Shown: positions 1 through 9,900, counted from the stretch's first letter. The stretch is DNA of 64,000 nucleotides from Candidatus Saccharimonadales bacterium (GCA_038231155.1 JBBRLY010000016.1:21506-85505); one strand, 5' to 3'. Translations and numbers: made by a program. Notes: generated by a model from the letters alone, not told the origin.

Positions 1-558
1 AATTAAAACATACACCACTGTAACATCACTACCAGCTTGATTTAGGGTTAGCTGCGTAGCCAATGTACTTTTACCAGATTTGCTGTCACCTAAAACGGCA
101 ATTCGTTGGCCACGAACCAAAGGGAATAACGCGTCAATAACTGTGATGCCAGTCGGTAGTTGGGTGTTCAATTGTTCGCGCATATAAATTGGCGGTGCTT
201 TTTGAAAAACTGGCCACACCCCATCAGCTGCCACTGGTCCTTTACCGTCCAATGGTTCGCCAGTAACCGATATTACTCGGCCAATAAAATCTTTTCCAAT
301 TTTAGAAACTAATTCATTATGCAGCACGACTGCTACCATTCCGACATTTACGTTATGTGATCCCATATGCAGTATTACGACGTGATCTTCGTTAATGTGA
401 TGTACAAAGCCTTTACTGCCGTCCTCAAACATTACCAGACTATGGACAGTGACTGGTTGTAAACCCCTGACCTGTACTAAAAAACGGTCGACGCTAATTA
501 CTTCACCAACTGGACTACCTCCAGCTACTAAGCGATTAAAATGTTGGTTGGCTGGCAC
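1..558 (-). CDS. atpA: F1-ATPase alpha-subunit-like protein, divergent (runs off the window start)
   Basis: Own translation from GTG at 558: ...IGRVISVTGEPLDGKGP...LPTGITVIDALFPLVRGQRIAVLGDSKSGKST; this is the F1 alpha pattern with a Walker A motif, and it follows delta- and b-like genes. Confidence 0.75.
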   Translation of the reverse strand, partial: MPANQHFNRLVAGGSPVGEVISVDRFLVQVRGLQPVTVHSLVMFEDGSKGFVHHINEDHVVILHMGSHNVNVGMVAVVLHNELVSKIGKDFIGRVISVTGEPLDGKGPVAADGVWPVFQKAPPIYMREQLNTQLPTGITVIDALFPLVRGQRIAVLGDSKSGKSTLATQLTLNQAGSDVTVVYVLI

Positions 559-561
559 TTC

Positions 562-1056
562 TTATGTGCTCCCTTGTCTTATCTTCTCTACTAGTAATGG
601 TTGGCTGTCTTTAATGTGCTGACGCAGACTAAAATCAAAATATTTACTTTTGGTGCGGACGATACAGCCAACTGCGATACTGGGTTGACGGCCGACTTGC
701 AAGATTAATAAAGGGTGAATTTCACGCCGCATCCAATCCACCAGCTTTATTAAAAAACCAGCGGGTGCATCGGCTGCAAAACTAATATGAATGACTGGAG
801 CTGATCGTTTAATATCGTCTAATATGTTTTTTAAGGCTTGGCGGTCTTCCGGAACAAGCAAGTTAAAGCCGTTTAAACCAGCCAACTCTTCCAGGTTATG
901 GCTGGATCGCGGTAAGCTTAGGGACTGGCGATTGGTTCTAATACCAGCTTGCAGCATAAATTCATCAACAGCGCTGAGTTCTCGATTCATCCGGCTGAAA
1001 TCTACAATTGTTATTGCCGAACTAGGCAGTTTTAGATTTGTACGGTTACTAGTCAT
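562..1056 (-). CDS. ATP synthase delta-like protein (divergent)
   Basis: C-terminal ...QPSIAVGCIVRTKSKYFDFSLR resembles the delta/OSCP C-terminus; lies directly upstream of alpha. Confidence 0.55.
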   Translation of the reverse strand: MTSNRTNLKLPSSAITIVDFSRMNRELSAVDEFMLQAGIRTNRQSLSLPRSSHNLEELAGLNGFNLLVPEDRQALKNILDDIKRSAPVIHISFAADAPAGFLIKLVDWMRREIHPLLILQVGRQPSIAVGCIVRTKSKYFDFSLRQHIKDSQPLLVEKIRQGST

Positions 1057-1684
1057 GAGTAAGGTCCTCGATAATAGCCGTCTTATTAGCTTCCAAATCA
1101 GTTAGGATATATTCTAATTGATCACCTAAATCTATTTGATCACCGACTGCTGCCAAAACGTAATGATTTATGATTTCAGCCATATTTTGTTCAAAAGCTT
1201 TAATTAAACGTTCTTTTTCAGCGGCAACTTGTTCTTTTAGTTGTTTATTGAGTATTTCCCTCTGTTCTTCTACAGCTTGTTGGGTTTTAGCAATCGAATC
1301 AATGGCCAGCTGTTTGGCGTCCATAATTGATTGCTCATATTTAGCAAACTCTTCTTTTAGAGTGCGCGAAATTTCAGTCTTCATGTACTCATTGAGCTGA
1401 GAGGTCGTAAGTCGTAGATCTTGCTGTAAAAACATGGCATTTTCACCGATGATTTTTTCAAAGTGCAGGCGTCCCCGGTTACGCAGCTCTTCCCTAAATT
1501 CATTATTAAAAATATGCTCAACGTCTTGCTCGGCTAGTTTGAGATTATCTTGCAAGGCTAGCTTATCCTGGTCATTTTGGCGGGCAAGTTTTTGTTTGCG
1601 ACCTGACGCCATTACCAACATAACAGCAGTAGCCATACCCCCCACGATGATGATTAAGATTGTGATTAATTCCCAGAGTTGCAC
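1049..1684 (-). CDS. ATP synthase subunit b-like protein (N-terminal TM helix plus coiled coil)
   Basis: Single N-terminal hydrophobic helix and a long charged helical region; gene order b-delta-alpha. Confidence 0.5.
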   Translation of the reverse strand: MQLWELITILIIIVGGMATAVMLVMASGRKQKLARQNDQDKLALQDNLKLAEQDVEHIFNNEFREELRNRGRLHFEKIIGENAMFLQQDLRLTTSQLNEYMKTEISRTLKEEFAKYEQSIMDAKQLAIDSIAKTQQAVEEQREILNKQLKEQVAAEKERLIKAFEQNMAEIINHYVLAAVGDQIDLGDQLEYILTDLEANKTAIIEDLTHD

Positions 1685-1801
1685 TTAGTTGATGCCCACC
1701 TTGAAATAGTTTGCTATTTTGTAAAAAGCCCGCCACGTCAGCAGCTACCGCTCGAGCTTAATCTGTTTCAGTATAGCGCTTTTGGTTGGTTTACTAAAGT
1801 G

Positions 1802-2947
1802 TTAGATAGCGTCTTTTAAATGTCTTACAGCTAGGCGTATATCGCTGTCTTTGGTGCCTTTGCCAAGGCTAAAACGTAAAGAAGCTTGAGCCGCCTTTTC
1901 AGATAATCCAATAGCTTTTAAGACATGTGACGATTCGTCACTTGAAGCACTGCAAGCTGAACCAACACCACAGATAACTCCATGTTCGTCGAGATTCATC
2001 ATTAGACGCTCGTTATCTGCTCCAGGTATGGTTAGATGCAAGTTATTGACTAAGCGGTGCTTCGTTGAGCCGTTAATTTTAGCTTCTGGGATTGCCTCTT
2101 TGAGCAAATCGGTAAACAGTTGTTGTAACTTTTTAAGTCTATTTGACTCTAATTTACGGCTTGATTGGACTAAGCTCAGGGCTTTAGATAGCCCTATCGC
2201 ACTAGCAACGTTTTCGGTACCACTTCTAATAGCGTTTTCTTGACCGCCACCTAGTATCTGCGGCCTCAGTTGAACTCCAGTTTTAATGAATAGGGCAGCA
2301 CTTTGTTTTGGGCCATATATTTTGCCACCGTTAACGGTCATTAAATCTACTCCTAATCGATTAACGTGCAGATCTAAGTAATTGGCAGCTTGGCAGGCAT
2401 CAGTATGAAAATATAACGGTCTATCGTTGCCTGTTTGGATTCTTTGTCTGCGAATTGTGTCTATTAGCTTACTAATTTCGCGAATTGGCTCAATTGTGCC
2501 AATTTCGTTGTTAGCGTACATAACAGAAATCAGTACGGTTTTAGCGTCAATCTTTTTTTGTAAATCTTTTAGATCAATTAATCCGTCTGGTGATACTTTG
2601 ATTCGTTTATGGCGATATAGTTGAGCTGGTTTTATAACTGAATCGTGCTCGATAGTACTAATTACTAAGTTGCCATCTGGGTGAGTTTGCATGACACCTT
2701 GAACCGCTAAATTATTAGCTTCGGTTCCTCCAGCTGTAAATACAATCTCGCTGGGGCGAGATCCTAAACATTCAGCGATAATGGAGCGAGCCGCATTTAA
2801 CTGTTTAGCTACGGCTAACCCAGATAAGTAAATAGCTGAGGGATTATAAAATTTATCACTAAAATAAGGTAGCATGGCCGCTAAAACTTGTGGATCGATC
2901 GGCGTAGCTGCCGCATAATCCAAATAAACTGTTTTTGGCGTACTCAT
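1802..2947 (-). CDS. iscS: Cysteine desulfurase (IscS/NifS family)
   Basis: YLDYAAATP, FTAGGTEANN, GGKIYGPK (PLP lysine region), RSGTEN, GSACS catalytic Cys. Confidence 0.93.
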   Translation of the reverse strand: MSTPKTVYLDYAAATPIDPQVLAAMLPYFSDKFYNPSAIYLSGLAVAKQLNAARSIIAECLGSRPSEIVFTAGGTEANNLAVQGVMQTHPDGNLVISTIEHDSVIKPAQLYRHKRIKVSPDGLIDLKDLQKKIDAKTVLISVMYANNEIGTIEPIREISKLIDTIRRQRIQTGNDRPLYFHTDACQAANYLDLHVNRLGVDLMTVNGGKIYGPKQSAALFIKTGVQLRPQILGGGQENAIRSGTENVASAIGLSKALSLVQSSRKLESNRLKKLQQLFTDLLKEAIPEAKINGSTKHRLVNNLHLTIPGADNERLMMNLDEHGVICGVGSACSASSDESSHVLKAIGLSEKAAQASLRFSLGKGTKDSDIRLAVRHLKDAI

Positions 2948-2972
2948 AACTTATGGATTAAAACTTTAAAGT

Positions 2973-3341
2973 CTAGACGTGGCTGTAAAGTTCGTCTTTA
3001 ACCCGTTTGCCATAGAGTTGAGTGGCATGGTAAAGGTTATCTACTTCTTGAGGTGTGGCTAGTTTATAAGGCTGACCGTCCTGCGCTTTTAAAATGCCAT
3101 CAGGGCGAACGTCATAACGCGTAGTTCTAACTTGCAAGTTACCACTTTTATCGGTCCATTCTTCGTGCCATACCCAAGTGCGCTTATCTAGGCAAAAGAA
3201 CTCACGGCGGGCGTTTTTAGGCACCGGTCCGAATAATTGGCCACCGATTTTAGCTTCGTGCCGAATTAAATCTCGATAAAGTTCAGCTTGGCGATCTTGC
3301 TGACGCTGAGATAGTAATCCCTTAAATATTTTAGTTATCAT
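2973..3341 (-). CDS. Hypothetical protein
   Basis: 122-aa ORF in an operon-like run, aromatic-rich core (RREFFCLDKRTWVWHEEW). Confidence 0.7.
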   Translation of the reverse strand: MITKIFKGLLSQRQQDRQAELYRDLIRHEAKIGGQLFGPVPKNARREFFCLDKRTWVWHEEWTDKSGNLQVRTTRYDVRPDGILKAQDGQPYKLATPQEVDNLYHATQLYGKRVKDELYSHV

Positions 3342-3684
3342 TGGGTACCTGCGGTGTCATTATCTTATATTGCTGGTGGGCTAGAGCGATATCGCGTTGA
3401 GCAGTTTGAAGTAGTTGAGCCTGTTCGGCAAAAGCGTCATTTGGCAGGTTAGTCTCTTCGATTTTTTGATCGATAGTTGGTTCTTCAGCCGACATTTGTG
3501 GGACTGTAAGGCTACCTTCAACAACATTTGAGCCGATGGTTATTACGGTTTCTGTTACCTTTGGCTGGTAATCTGGTCGTATCCAAATTTGAGCAACACC
3601 ATCGAGTGCGTTTGCTACTTCGCTAACTCGATAGCCCACTAGGTCTCCAACGTTTTCAAATGACTCTTTAAGTGTATTAATCAT
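3331..3684 (-). CDS. Hypothetical protein
   Basis: 117-aa ORF tightly packed between tatD and the next gene. Confidence 0.6.
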   Translation of the reverse strand: MINTLKESFENVGDLVGYRVSEVANALDGVAQIWIRPDYQPKVTETVITIGSNVVEGSLTVPQMSAEEPTIDQKIEETNLPNDAFAEQAQLLQTAQRDIALAHQQYKIMTPQVPNDN

Positions 3685-3687
3685 GTA

Positions 3688-4473
3688 TTACTCCAGGCCA
3701 AATAATAATAGCGCGTTTTGAGTAGTTTGGGTAGCCAGTTTTTTTAAGGGTTCACCCCTTAATTTACTTAAATATTCGGCCACCACCCGCACGTACTTTG
3801 GCTGGCAAATTTTACCACGAAATGGCACTGGGGTCAAGAAGGGAGCGTCAGTCTCTAACAGTAGTTTATCGGTTGGAATACGTTTATAGGCTTCTATTTG
3901 ATCCGGATTTTTAGCAAAGGTGGCGATGCCATTTACACCGACATACAAGTTTCTAGATAAGATTTCTTCCAAGTCATTGGCAGAAGATGAAAAACTATGT
4001 ACTACACCTTTAATTGGTTGTTTAGAGGAATTATATTCGTCAAAAATCTTCCAAAAATCACTAAATGCCTTGCGGACGTGAAATATAAGCGGTAATTTAT
4101 GTTCCAAAGCAATATCTAGTTGGAATCTCAGTAATTTTTCCTGATCAACTTTAGTGGAGTGCATATAATGATAATCTAATCCGGTTTCGCCTATAGCCAC
4201 CACTTTGGGATGGGAAGCTAGTTCATGGAACTGTTGCAGGGCAAGGTGATCGTGAACATAAACCGAGCCCTCATGTGGGTGTAAACCAATTGTCGCCCAG
4301 ATATTTTTATGGTTTTTAGCAAACTGGGTGGCAGTTTTACTATCCGGCAATGTACAACCGATGCACATCAGTCTAGTTACTCCGTCATTGACAGCATCAG
4401 CTACGGCCTGTTCGGGATCAAGTCCATAGTCTGCAAAGTGAATATGGCAGTGAGTATCTACCAGTTCAATCAT
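3688..4473 (-). CDS. tatD: TatD family deoxyribonuclease
   Basis: DTHCH, IGETGLDY, HSF and LLETDAPFL motifs; adjacent to metG. Confidence 0.93.
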   Translation of the reverse strand: MIELVDTHCHIHFADYGLDPEQAVADAVNDGVTRLMCIGCTLPDSKTATQFAKNHKNIWATIGLHPHEGSVYVHDHLALQQFHELASHPKVVAIGETGLDYHYMHSTKVDQEKLLRFQLDIALEHKLPLIFHVRKAFSDFWKIFDEYNSSKQPIKGVVHSFSSSANDLEEILSRNLYVGVNGIATFAKNPDQIEAYKRIPTDKLLLETDAPFLTPVPFRGKICQPKYVRVVAEYLSKLRGEPLKKLATQTTQNALLLFGLE

Positions 4474-5915
4474 TTTGGTGAGGTAGATTGATGCTTGGGG
4501 AATAAGGTAGTTTGGGTTTGTCTGATAATACCATCTCTAAAGATGTATTGAATTTGCTGGGCAGTGTGAGGTAGGAATGGTTCTAGAAGATCAGCAATTT
4601 CAAGTAATGCACCGGTTAAATAAGACAGCACTTCTTTAAGATGTTCAGTGTCCTTGGCTTTGGCTAGTTGCCAGGGTTTTTCTTCGTCAATGTATTGATT
4701 CAAGCCTCTGATTTGATGCCAAATTTCGTCTAAAGCTCGATCGAATCGGCATTTTTCAACAGCTTCCCAATACTGGGCACTATCGTGTTCAGCCGGAGGA
4801 ATTTGACCAATCATGCCTTCCTGATACTTGTTGATCATAGCAGCGGTACGCTGGACAGTGTTCCCAAGCTCATCAGCTAGTTCACTATTATAGGCTGACT
4901 CAAGTTTTTCCCAGCTAAAGTCACCGTCCTCATAGCTAGGTATATGGCGCAAAAAGAAGTAGCGGAAAGTGTCGACACTGTATTTTTCAATAATTTCTTT
5001 AGGGTGTATAACATTTCCCAGACTTTTACTGATTTTTTGATTAGACACCGTAATAAAGCCGTGCACGTAAATTGTTTTTGGCAAAGCCAGGCCCAACCCC
5101 AGCAGCATGCCAGGCCAAATAGCCGCATGAAAGCGTAAAATATCTTTGCCGATAACTTGGACATTGGCTGGCCAGAATTTTGTAAAGTCTTCGTGTTCTG
5201 GGTAACCAAGCACTGTAATGTAGTTCATTAAAGCTTCAAACCAGACGTACATGACTTGGCTGTCATCACCAGGTACCGGAATACCCCAGGAAATTTTATC
5301 TTTAGGTCGGCTAATGCTGATATCTTCCAGGCCAGTGGTAATTAACTGCTCGATTTCATGTTTTTTAGTTTCAGGGAAAATCTGCATTACGGCGTCATCT
5401 ATGGCTTGTTTAATCTGTGGACCGTATTTACTAAGTTTGAAAAAGTAGTTTTCTTCTTCAAGACTTTCGTAAGGTTTATTGTGAATCGGGCAAATACCTT
5501 TATTTTCTTTGGCAACCGCCTCAGTTACAAAAGCTTCACAACCACTGCAGTAAAGTCCGACGTACTTACCTTTATAAATATCGGCTGCTAAGTTTTTCCA
5601 GATAATTTGAGCCCGTTGTTCATGGCCTTGATCAGTGGTCCGAATAAATCGATCGTTACTGATATTTAATAACTTGGATAGATCTCGAAATTGTTGGCTC
5701 ATTTGATCGGCTAGTTGTTTCGGGGCAAGTTTCAACTCAGTAGCTTTTTCAGCCACTTTAGTACCATGCTCATCGGTGCCAGTGCTAAAAATCACTGGTT
5801 TACCTTGTTTGCGGGCCAGTCTAGCTAGTACATCAGCCTGGACTAACTCCATACCAAAGCCGATATGTGGTTCACCGTTTACATACGGAATAGAAGTTGT
5901 TACGTAGTAGTTCAT
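4470..5915 (-). CDS. metG: Methionine--tRNA ligase
   Basis: YVNGEPHIG (HIGH-like), GTDEHG, YVWFEAL, IGKDILRFHA, KISKS (KMSKS-like). Confidence 0.96.
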   Translation of the reverse strand: MNYYVTTSIPYVNGEPHIGFGMELVQADVLARLARKQGKPVIFSTGTDEHGTKVAEKATELKLAPKQLADQMSQQFRDLSKLLNISNDRFIRTTDQGHEQRAQIIWKNLAADIYKGKYVGLYCSGCEAFVTEAVAKENKGICPIHNKPYESLEEENYFFKLSKYGPQIKQAIDDAVMQIFPETKKHEIEQLITTGLEDISISRPKDKISWGIPVPGDDSQVMYVWFEALMNYITVLGYPEHEDFTKFWPANVQVIGKDILRFHAAIWPGMLLGLGLALPKTIYVHGFITVSNQKISKSLGNVIHPKEIIEKYSVDTFRYFFLRHIPSYEDGDFSWEKLESAYNSELADELGNTVQRTAAMINKYQEGMIGQIPPAEHDSAQYWEAVEKCRFDRALDEIWHQIRGLNQYIDEEKPWQLAKAKDTEHLKEVLSYLTGALLEIADLLEPFLPHTAQQIQYIFRDGIIRQTQTTLFPKHQSTSPK

Positions 5916-5971
5916 TACTGTCTCGTTCTAGTCTAAGGTTAATAGTTTTAAAATCAAATAAGAATAGCCCA

Positions 5972-6016
5972 CTAGGGCATCATTGGCATCGTGACTGATT
6001 TGAGGTCTGCGTTCAT
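5972..6016 (-). CDS. Putative Met-rich leader peptide of metG (MNADLKSVTMPMMP)
   Basis: 14-codon ORF with 3 Met codons in the last 5; TATAAT at 6028-6023 lies 6 nt before its ATG; the stop codon sits in the loop of a GCCC-TAGT-GGGC hairpin followed by a T-rich tract. Confidence 0.6.
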   Translation of the reverse strand: MNADLKSVTMPMMP

Positions 6017-6039
6017 AACTACATTATATCTGTTAGAGG

Positions 6040-6534
6040 CTAAAATAGCGAGGGTTGTTCAGGTGGTTCCAATTTGTAATTAAGCTGCTCCGCTAAGCGC
6101 TCTAAAAACTTTTCTTGGCCTTTATGCATTTTAGGTATGGCTTTAGTAATTTCAAACCATTTGACTTTATCTACTTCCGGAATTTGAATTTGCCTGCCAG
6201 ACCGAGGCGGACAGTCAATTGTTATTAAATTACTTTTGAGGTTTGCGGTATCAAACTCGGCATCAACTGCCCAACCATAGATTACTTTACTGGGGATTTT
6301 AACCGTACCTAGATTTATATATTTTCCAGGTGGGACATCTTTGCCGACTTCTTCTTTAAATTCCCGTTTGGCAGCTAAAAACGGCTCTTCACCATCAATA
6401 TATTCGCCTTTGATTAGTCCCCAGGCATTTTGATCTTTTTTAGCCCAAAATGGACCACCAGGATGTGCAAGCAGGACTTCAATAGATCCGTTACGATGTC
6501 TATAAACCAATATACCGGCGCTTTGTTTAACCAT
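6040..6534 (-). CDS. NUDIX hydrolase
   Basis: SAGIL...HPGGPFW...KGE...AAKREFKEEVG Nudix box. Confidence 0.88.
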   Translation of the reverse strand: MVKQSAGILVYRHRNGSIEVLLAHPGGPFWAKKDQNAWGLIKGEYIDGEEPFLAAKREFKEEVGKDVPPGKYINLGTVKIPSKVIYGWAVDAEFDTANLKSNLITIDCPPRSGRQIQIPEVDKVKWFEITKAIPKMHKGQEKFLERLAEQLNYKLEPPEQPSLF

Positions 6535-6558
6535 TAAATATTCCCGTTAGTTTGTCAA

Positions 6559-7203
6559 TTATTCACCATGAGGTTTAAGCGTAACCCCTCTTGCGCAATC
6601 GCCTTCTCGCTCACAGAGTTCTGGACTTAGTGTCGGAATTACTTCAGTAATTATAGAAGAATAGGGGATCTTATTTTCATCTAAATAGCCCAAAGATTGT
6701 GTGCGTTGCCAGGTAACTATTACTTCGCTATGCTCCGCTCCTGCTTCCAAACATTGCTGAGCCACTTTGCCAGCAGTAGTGCCAGTAGTACCAACGTCTT
6801 CAATGATTACGGTCTTGATAAACTTATTGCGACTTAAATCACTAATCACCCACCTGGCAGGTTGAGTTAGTCGTACTTGCTTATCTGGTAATTTTTCGGA
6901 TCGTAATCCAAATACTTCTTGATAGTTTGTACTTACTGACTTTGCCAAGTCAAAAGCAAAGTCGGTAGTACCGTTGGCTACACCTAAAATAATTAATCCT
7001 AATCTATTGGGGTGACGGTATAGGATTCTTTGTTTATTGATGTCTAACCACTTTTGGTAAAGCTCAGTCCCTTTTTTGACAACACTAAAGTCCATCTTAC
7101 GACCATGTTTACCGCTAACAAATTCGTGATGTTGTTTACCCCTTGGATCTATAAAGTCTGGAGTGGCCATTAGCTCATTTCGAAAAGACTCAATAGCGTT
7201 CAT
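6559..7203 (-). CDS. Type I phosphoribosyltransferase, PyrE-like (divergent)
   Basis: PRPP-binding loop VIIEDVGTTGTT; coupled to a PyrF-like gene. Confidence 0.7.
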   Translation of the reverse strand: MNAIESFRNELMATPDFIDPRGKQHHEFVSGKHGRKMDFSVVKKGTELYQKWLDINKQRILYRHPNRLGLIILGVANGTTDFAFDLAKSVSTNYQEVFGLRSEKLPDKQVRLTQPARWVISDLSRNKFIKTVIIEDVGTTGTTAGKVAQQCLEAGAEHSEVIVTWQRTQSLGYLDENKIPYSSIITEVIPTLSPELCEREGDCARGVTLKPHGE

Positions 7204-7952
7204 CTATCTAAGCCTCTTCTTACTTCATCGGCAGCTAGTTTTAAAGCTTCTAGTTTTTCTGTTTGAGATTGCTTATTTGTTACCTCACGGCCGATTTCTA
7301 ATAAATCGGCGTCATTACTAATTGCTTCGTAGCGAGTTGTTATCCGCTTTTGATCATCACCATTAATCGTGACACCCTGCGACCGCGTGCCTACGACTAA
7401 AGTGAATAAACCTAACTTTTTGACATCGTAAACTTCTTCGCCGGAACATACCATGCCTTTAACACCGGCATCAATGACTTTATTAGCCTGATTTCGTATG
7501 TAAGACTTGGACGAGGTTCTTTCGTAACGCAAAGTTTCTGAATCGTCGATCGTTGATAAATGGGCCACTCCAAATATCATGATGCCTTTTTCAGCTAGTT
7601 TTTGTTGTGCCCAACTAAGTGAATCTAATCCGGAGTGTGTTGAGATTGTAATGCCACTTGGTGGATGCAAAAGTTCTAAATAGTTTTTAACGGCGACAGG
7701 CATGGTTTTTAAAGTGGCATATAGTTTAGGATCGGCCACCCACTCTAAGTCATTGTCGGCAACCATCTCTGAACACATTCTAAGACTAAGGTTCGGACTG
7801 GTTAAAAGTTCAAGTCCAACTTTAACTAAAACGGCTCCGGCTTTTTTTGCTAATCTTGCCGTTTCATCAGCAATTGAAATATCGGGTGTATCAAGTGCTA
7901 AAACTAACCTTTGTTCAGGTGCAAGTTCCAATCCAGGCTCAAATCTAATCAT
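7200..7952 (-). CDS. OMP decarboxylase-like protein (PyrF fold) with altered catalytic motif
   Basis: LVLALD, KVGLEL, DDQKR, ADLLEIGR; the DxKxxD motif reads DPKLYA. Confidence 0.7.
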   Translation of the reverse strand: MIRFEPGLELAPEQRLVLALDTPDISIADETARLAKKAGAVLVKVGLELLTSPNLSLRMCSEMVADNDLEWVADPKLYATLKTMPVAVKNYLELLHPPSGITISTHSGLDSLSWAQQKLAEKGIMIFGVAHLSTIDDSETLRYERTSSKSYIRNQANKVIDAGVKGMVCSGEEVYDVKKLGLFTLVVGTRSQGVTINGDDQKRITTRYEAISNDADLLEIGREVTNKQSQTEKLEALKLAADEVRRGLDR

Positions 7953-8391
7953 CGTGTGATTTAATAATGTGACCTATAATTTTTTGCCAACGCCTCGGTT
8001 GGTTTTCCGGATCCGGTGGAAAATACTCGGCATATTCTTCGTCACTCAACTCAGCTGCTAGCAATTCTTGATAACCTTCTAGCTTATCTCTTTGCATCAG
8101 CTGAGTATAGCCAAAATACTGACTCCAAAAGCCATTAGTCATGTCGACGATAGGAATCATAGGACTCTGCGTCTCCTTGCCAATATGTCGTGCACACAAA
8201 GGCGCCACTCGAACATCTGGTTTTATATCCGTTCCTTCTGGGGTAACAAAAATAGCGTCAGCGATCATTCCATCATATATACAATTAACATAGAATGCGG
8301 GATCTTCTATAAGTCTGTCTAAAGTAGCGATTGTGCCATCTGAAACAATTACTCTGGGCTCAGGTTGCTGATAGTCTGCTTCACCTACCAT
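7945..8391 (-). CDS. Hypothetical protein
   Basis: 148-aa ORF overlapping the start of the PyrF-like gene. Confidence 0.6.
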   Translation of the reverse strand: MVGEADYQQPEPRVIVSDGTIATLDRLIEDPAFYVNCIYDGMIADAIFVTPEGTDIKPDVRVAPLCARHIGKETQSPMIPIVDMTNGFWSQYFGYTQLMQRDKLEGYQELLAAELSDEEYAEYFPPDPENQPRRWQKIIGHIIKSHDD

Positions 8392-8503
8392 TAAATTCTC
8401 CAGTGATTAATTATATTGTAGCAAACAATATTCACAAGTTGGCAAGGTAGAAGCTACAACATTGAAAGTCATCGTTGTAGAAACATTTGAACACTAATTT
8501 GTT

Positions 8504-9778
8504 TTACTGATCTATGTATTCTTGGCAAAGTCTTTCGAATATAGCATTAGTCCAGCCAAAGCCAGTCTGGCTAGGATATAAGCCTTTTGCTGGAGGTTTA
8601 GTTGGTTGTACAACATTATATTTTTCTATAAATACACCGTTTTTCTCAAACCAATCTAGGTTAGTTTTAAGCCATTTCATGGCAATTCGACGAGCTTCAA
8701 ATTCATAACCATAGCGTTTTAAACCTTGTACGATTATTAGGTGAAGTGGTGCCCAGCCATTGGGATAAGCCCATTGCGTAGGGGTTGCCCCGGGAACCAG
8801 CTGGCCGAGTTGTTGATCAGTTGTACTAAGCCCACCTTTTTGTTCGAATTTGCGTAAGTTTTTAACCAACTGCCTGGCGTGTTTGTCACTGGCGAGCCCT
8901 GCCCACATTGGATAATAAGATGCCAGCGAACTAACTGTACCGCGTCTTTCTTTAAAGTAGTTATAGTCATAATAGAGGCCTCGGGCATTACTCCACATCA
9001 ATTTATCTATCACGAATCTACGCTTATGAGCTTCTTTCTCCCATTCTTTCGCTTCTTTTTTATCACCTAATATTTGAGCCGATCTGGCAAAGTCCATTTC
9101 ATACTTATAAAGTAAAGAGTTAAGATCAACCGGCAAGTAATTTAGAGCTTTGCGATTAAAGCGCGGTGTCATATCCCAGCCACTTTCGGTCTCAGCTAAA
9201 TCATGGATGTAATTGATGTCATAGTAGCGTGATAGTTGGTGATAGACCTGCCGGTCATTGGGTTTTGTAGTTCCCTTCCATACGATTTGGTATTCATTTT
9301 TGGCTTGTTTGATAGCTTTTTTTAGCCATTGTTTGCCAGGATCATAGGCGTCATAAACATCAAAAATAAAAGATGTTAGTACTGGAGGTTGGGAACGACC
9401 CATTAAGTAAGTGCGCGAGGCATTAGGGATAATATTAAAACGATTCTGCATATAAAGCAGATTCTCTAAAATACCCATTACTAGTTCTTTATGATGGTCA
9501 TCCAACATCCCCTGTACCATAAAATAACTGTCCCAGTAATACATCTCATTAAAATCAAAGGGGTGACCTTCCTCGTAAGCTGGCACTAAATAAGGTTTAG
9601 GCAAACCCAACAAGGTATCATCATCTTTTGGATGATAGCGCTCTAACTTAGTCCAATAGCTAGCAATATATTCACGAGCCTTATGTACCTGCTCGCGTGA
9701 CAAATCGGAACGCCGCGGTATCATAATGTACTTGGCTTTATTTAATAAATCTCTGGCTGTTTCTAACATACTTCTCAC
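8504..9778 (-). CDS. Alpha,alpha-trehalase (GH37)
   Basis: FNEMYYWDSYF, RSQPP, ESGWD, PVDLNSLL, QWAYPNGWAP, EKY and GFGWTN motifs. Confidence 0.9.
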   Translation of the reverse strand: MRSMLETARDLLNKAKYIMIPRRSDLSREQVHKAREYIASYWTKLERYHPKDDDTLLGLPKPYLVPAYEEGHPFDFNEMYYWDSYFMVQGMLDDHHKELVMGILENLLYMQNRFNIIPNASRTYLMGRSQPPVLTSFIFDVYDAYDPGKQWLKKAIKQAKNEYQIVWKGTTKPNDRQVYHQLSRYYDINYIHDLAETESGWDMTPRFNRKALNYLPVDLNSLLYKYEMDFARSAQILGDKKEAKEWEKEAHKRRFVIDKLMWSNARGLYYDYNYFKERRGTVSSLASYYPMWAGLASDKHARQLVKNLRKFEQKGGLSTTDQQLGQLVPGATPTQWAYPNGWAPLHLIIVQGLKRYGYEFEARRIAMKWLKTNLDWFEKNGVFIEKYNVVQPTKPPAKGLYPSQTGFGWTNAIFERLCQEYIDQ

Positions 9779-9900
9779 AGCTTATGGCTAGCTAGTCTAT
9801 GGGTCAAGCGAAACTGAGAAAAATGTGTATATTTATATATTATTTATATAAACTAGTTTTTATAATTTCATTATTAATATAAACAAATATACTATTACGC

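Noticed and set aside
1720-1762. Riboswitch in the leader of the atp-like operon
   Set aside because: A hairpin plus T-tract is present, but I recognise no aptamer, and it may simply be the iscS terminator.
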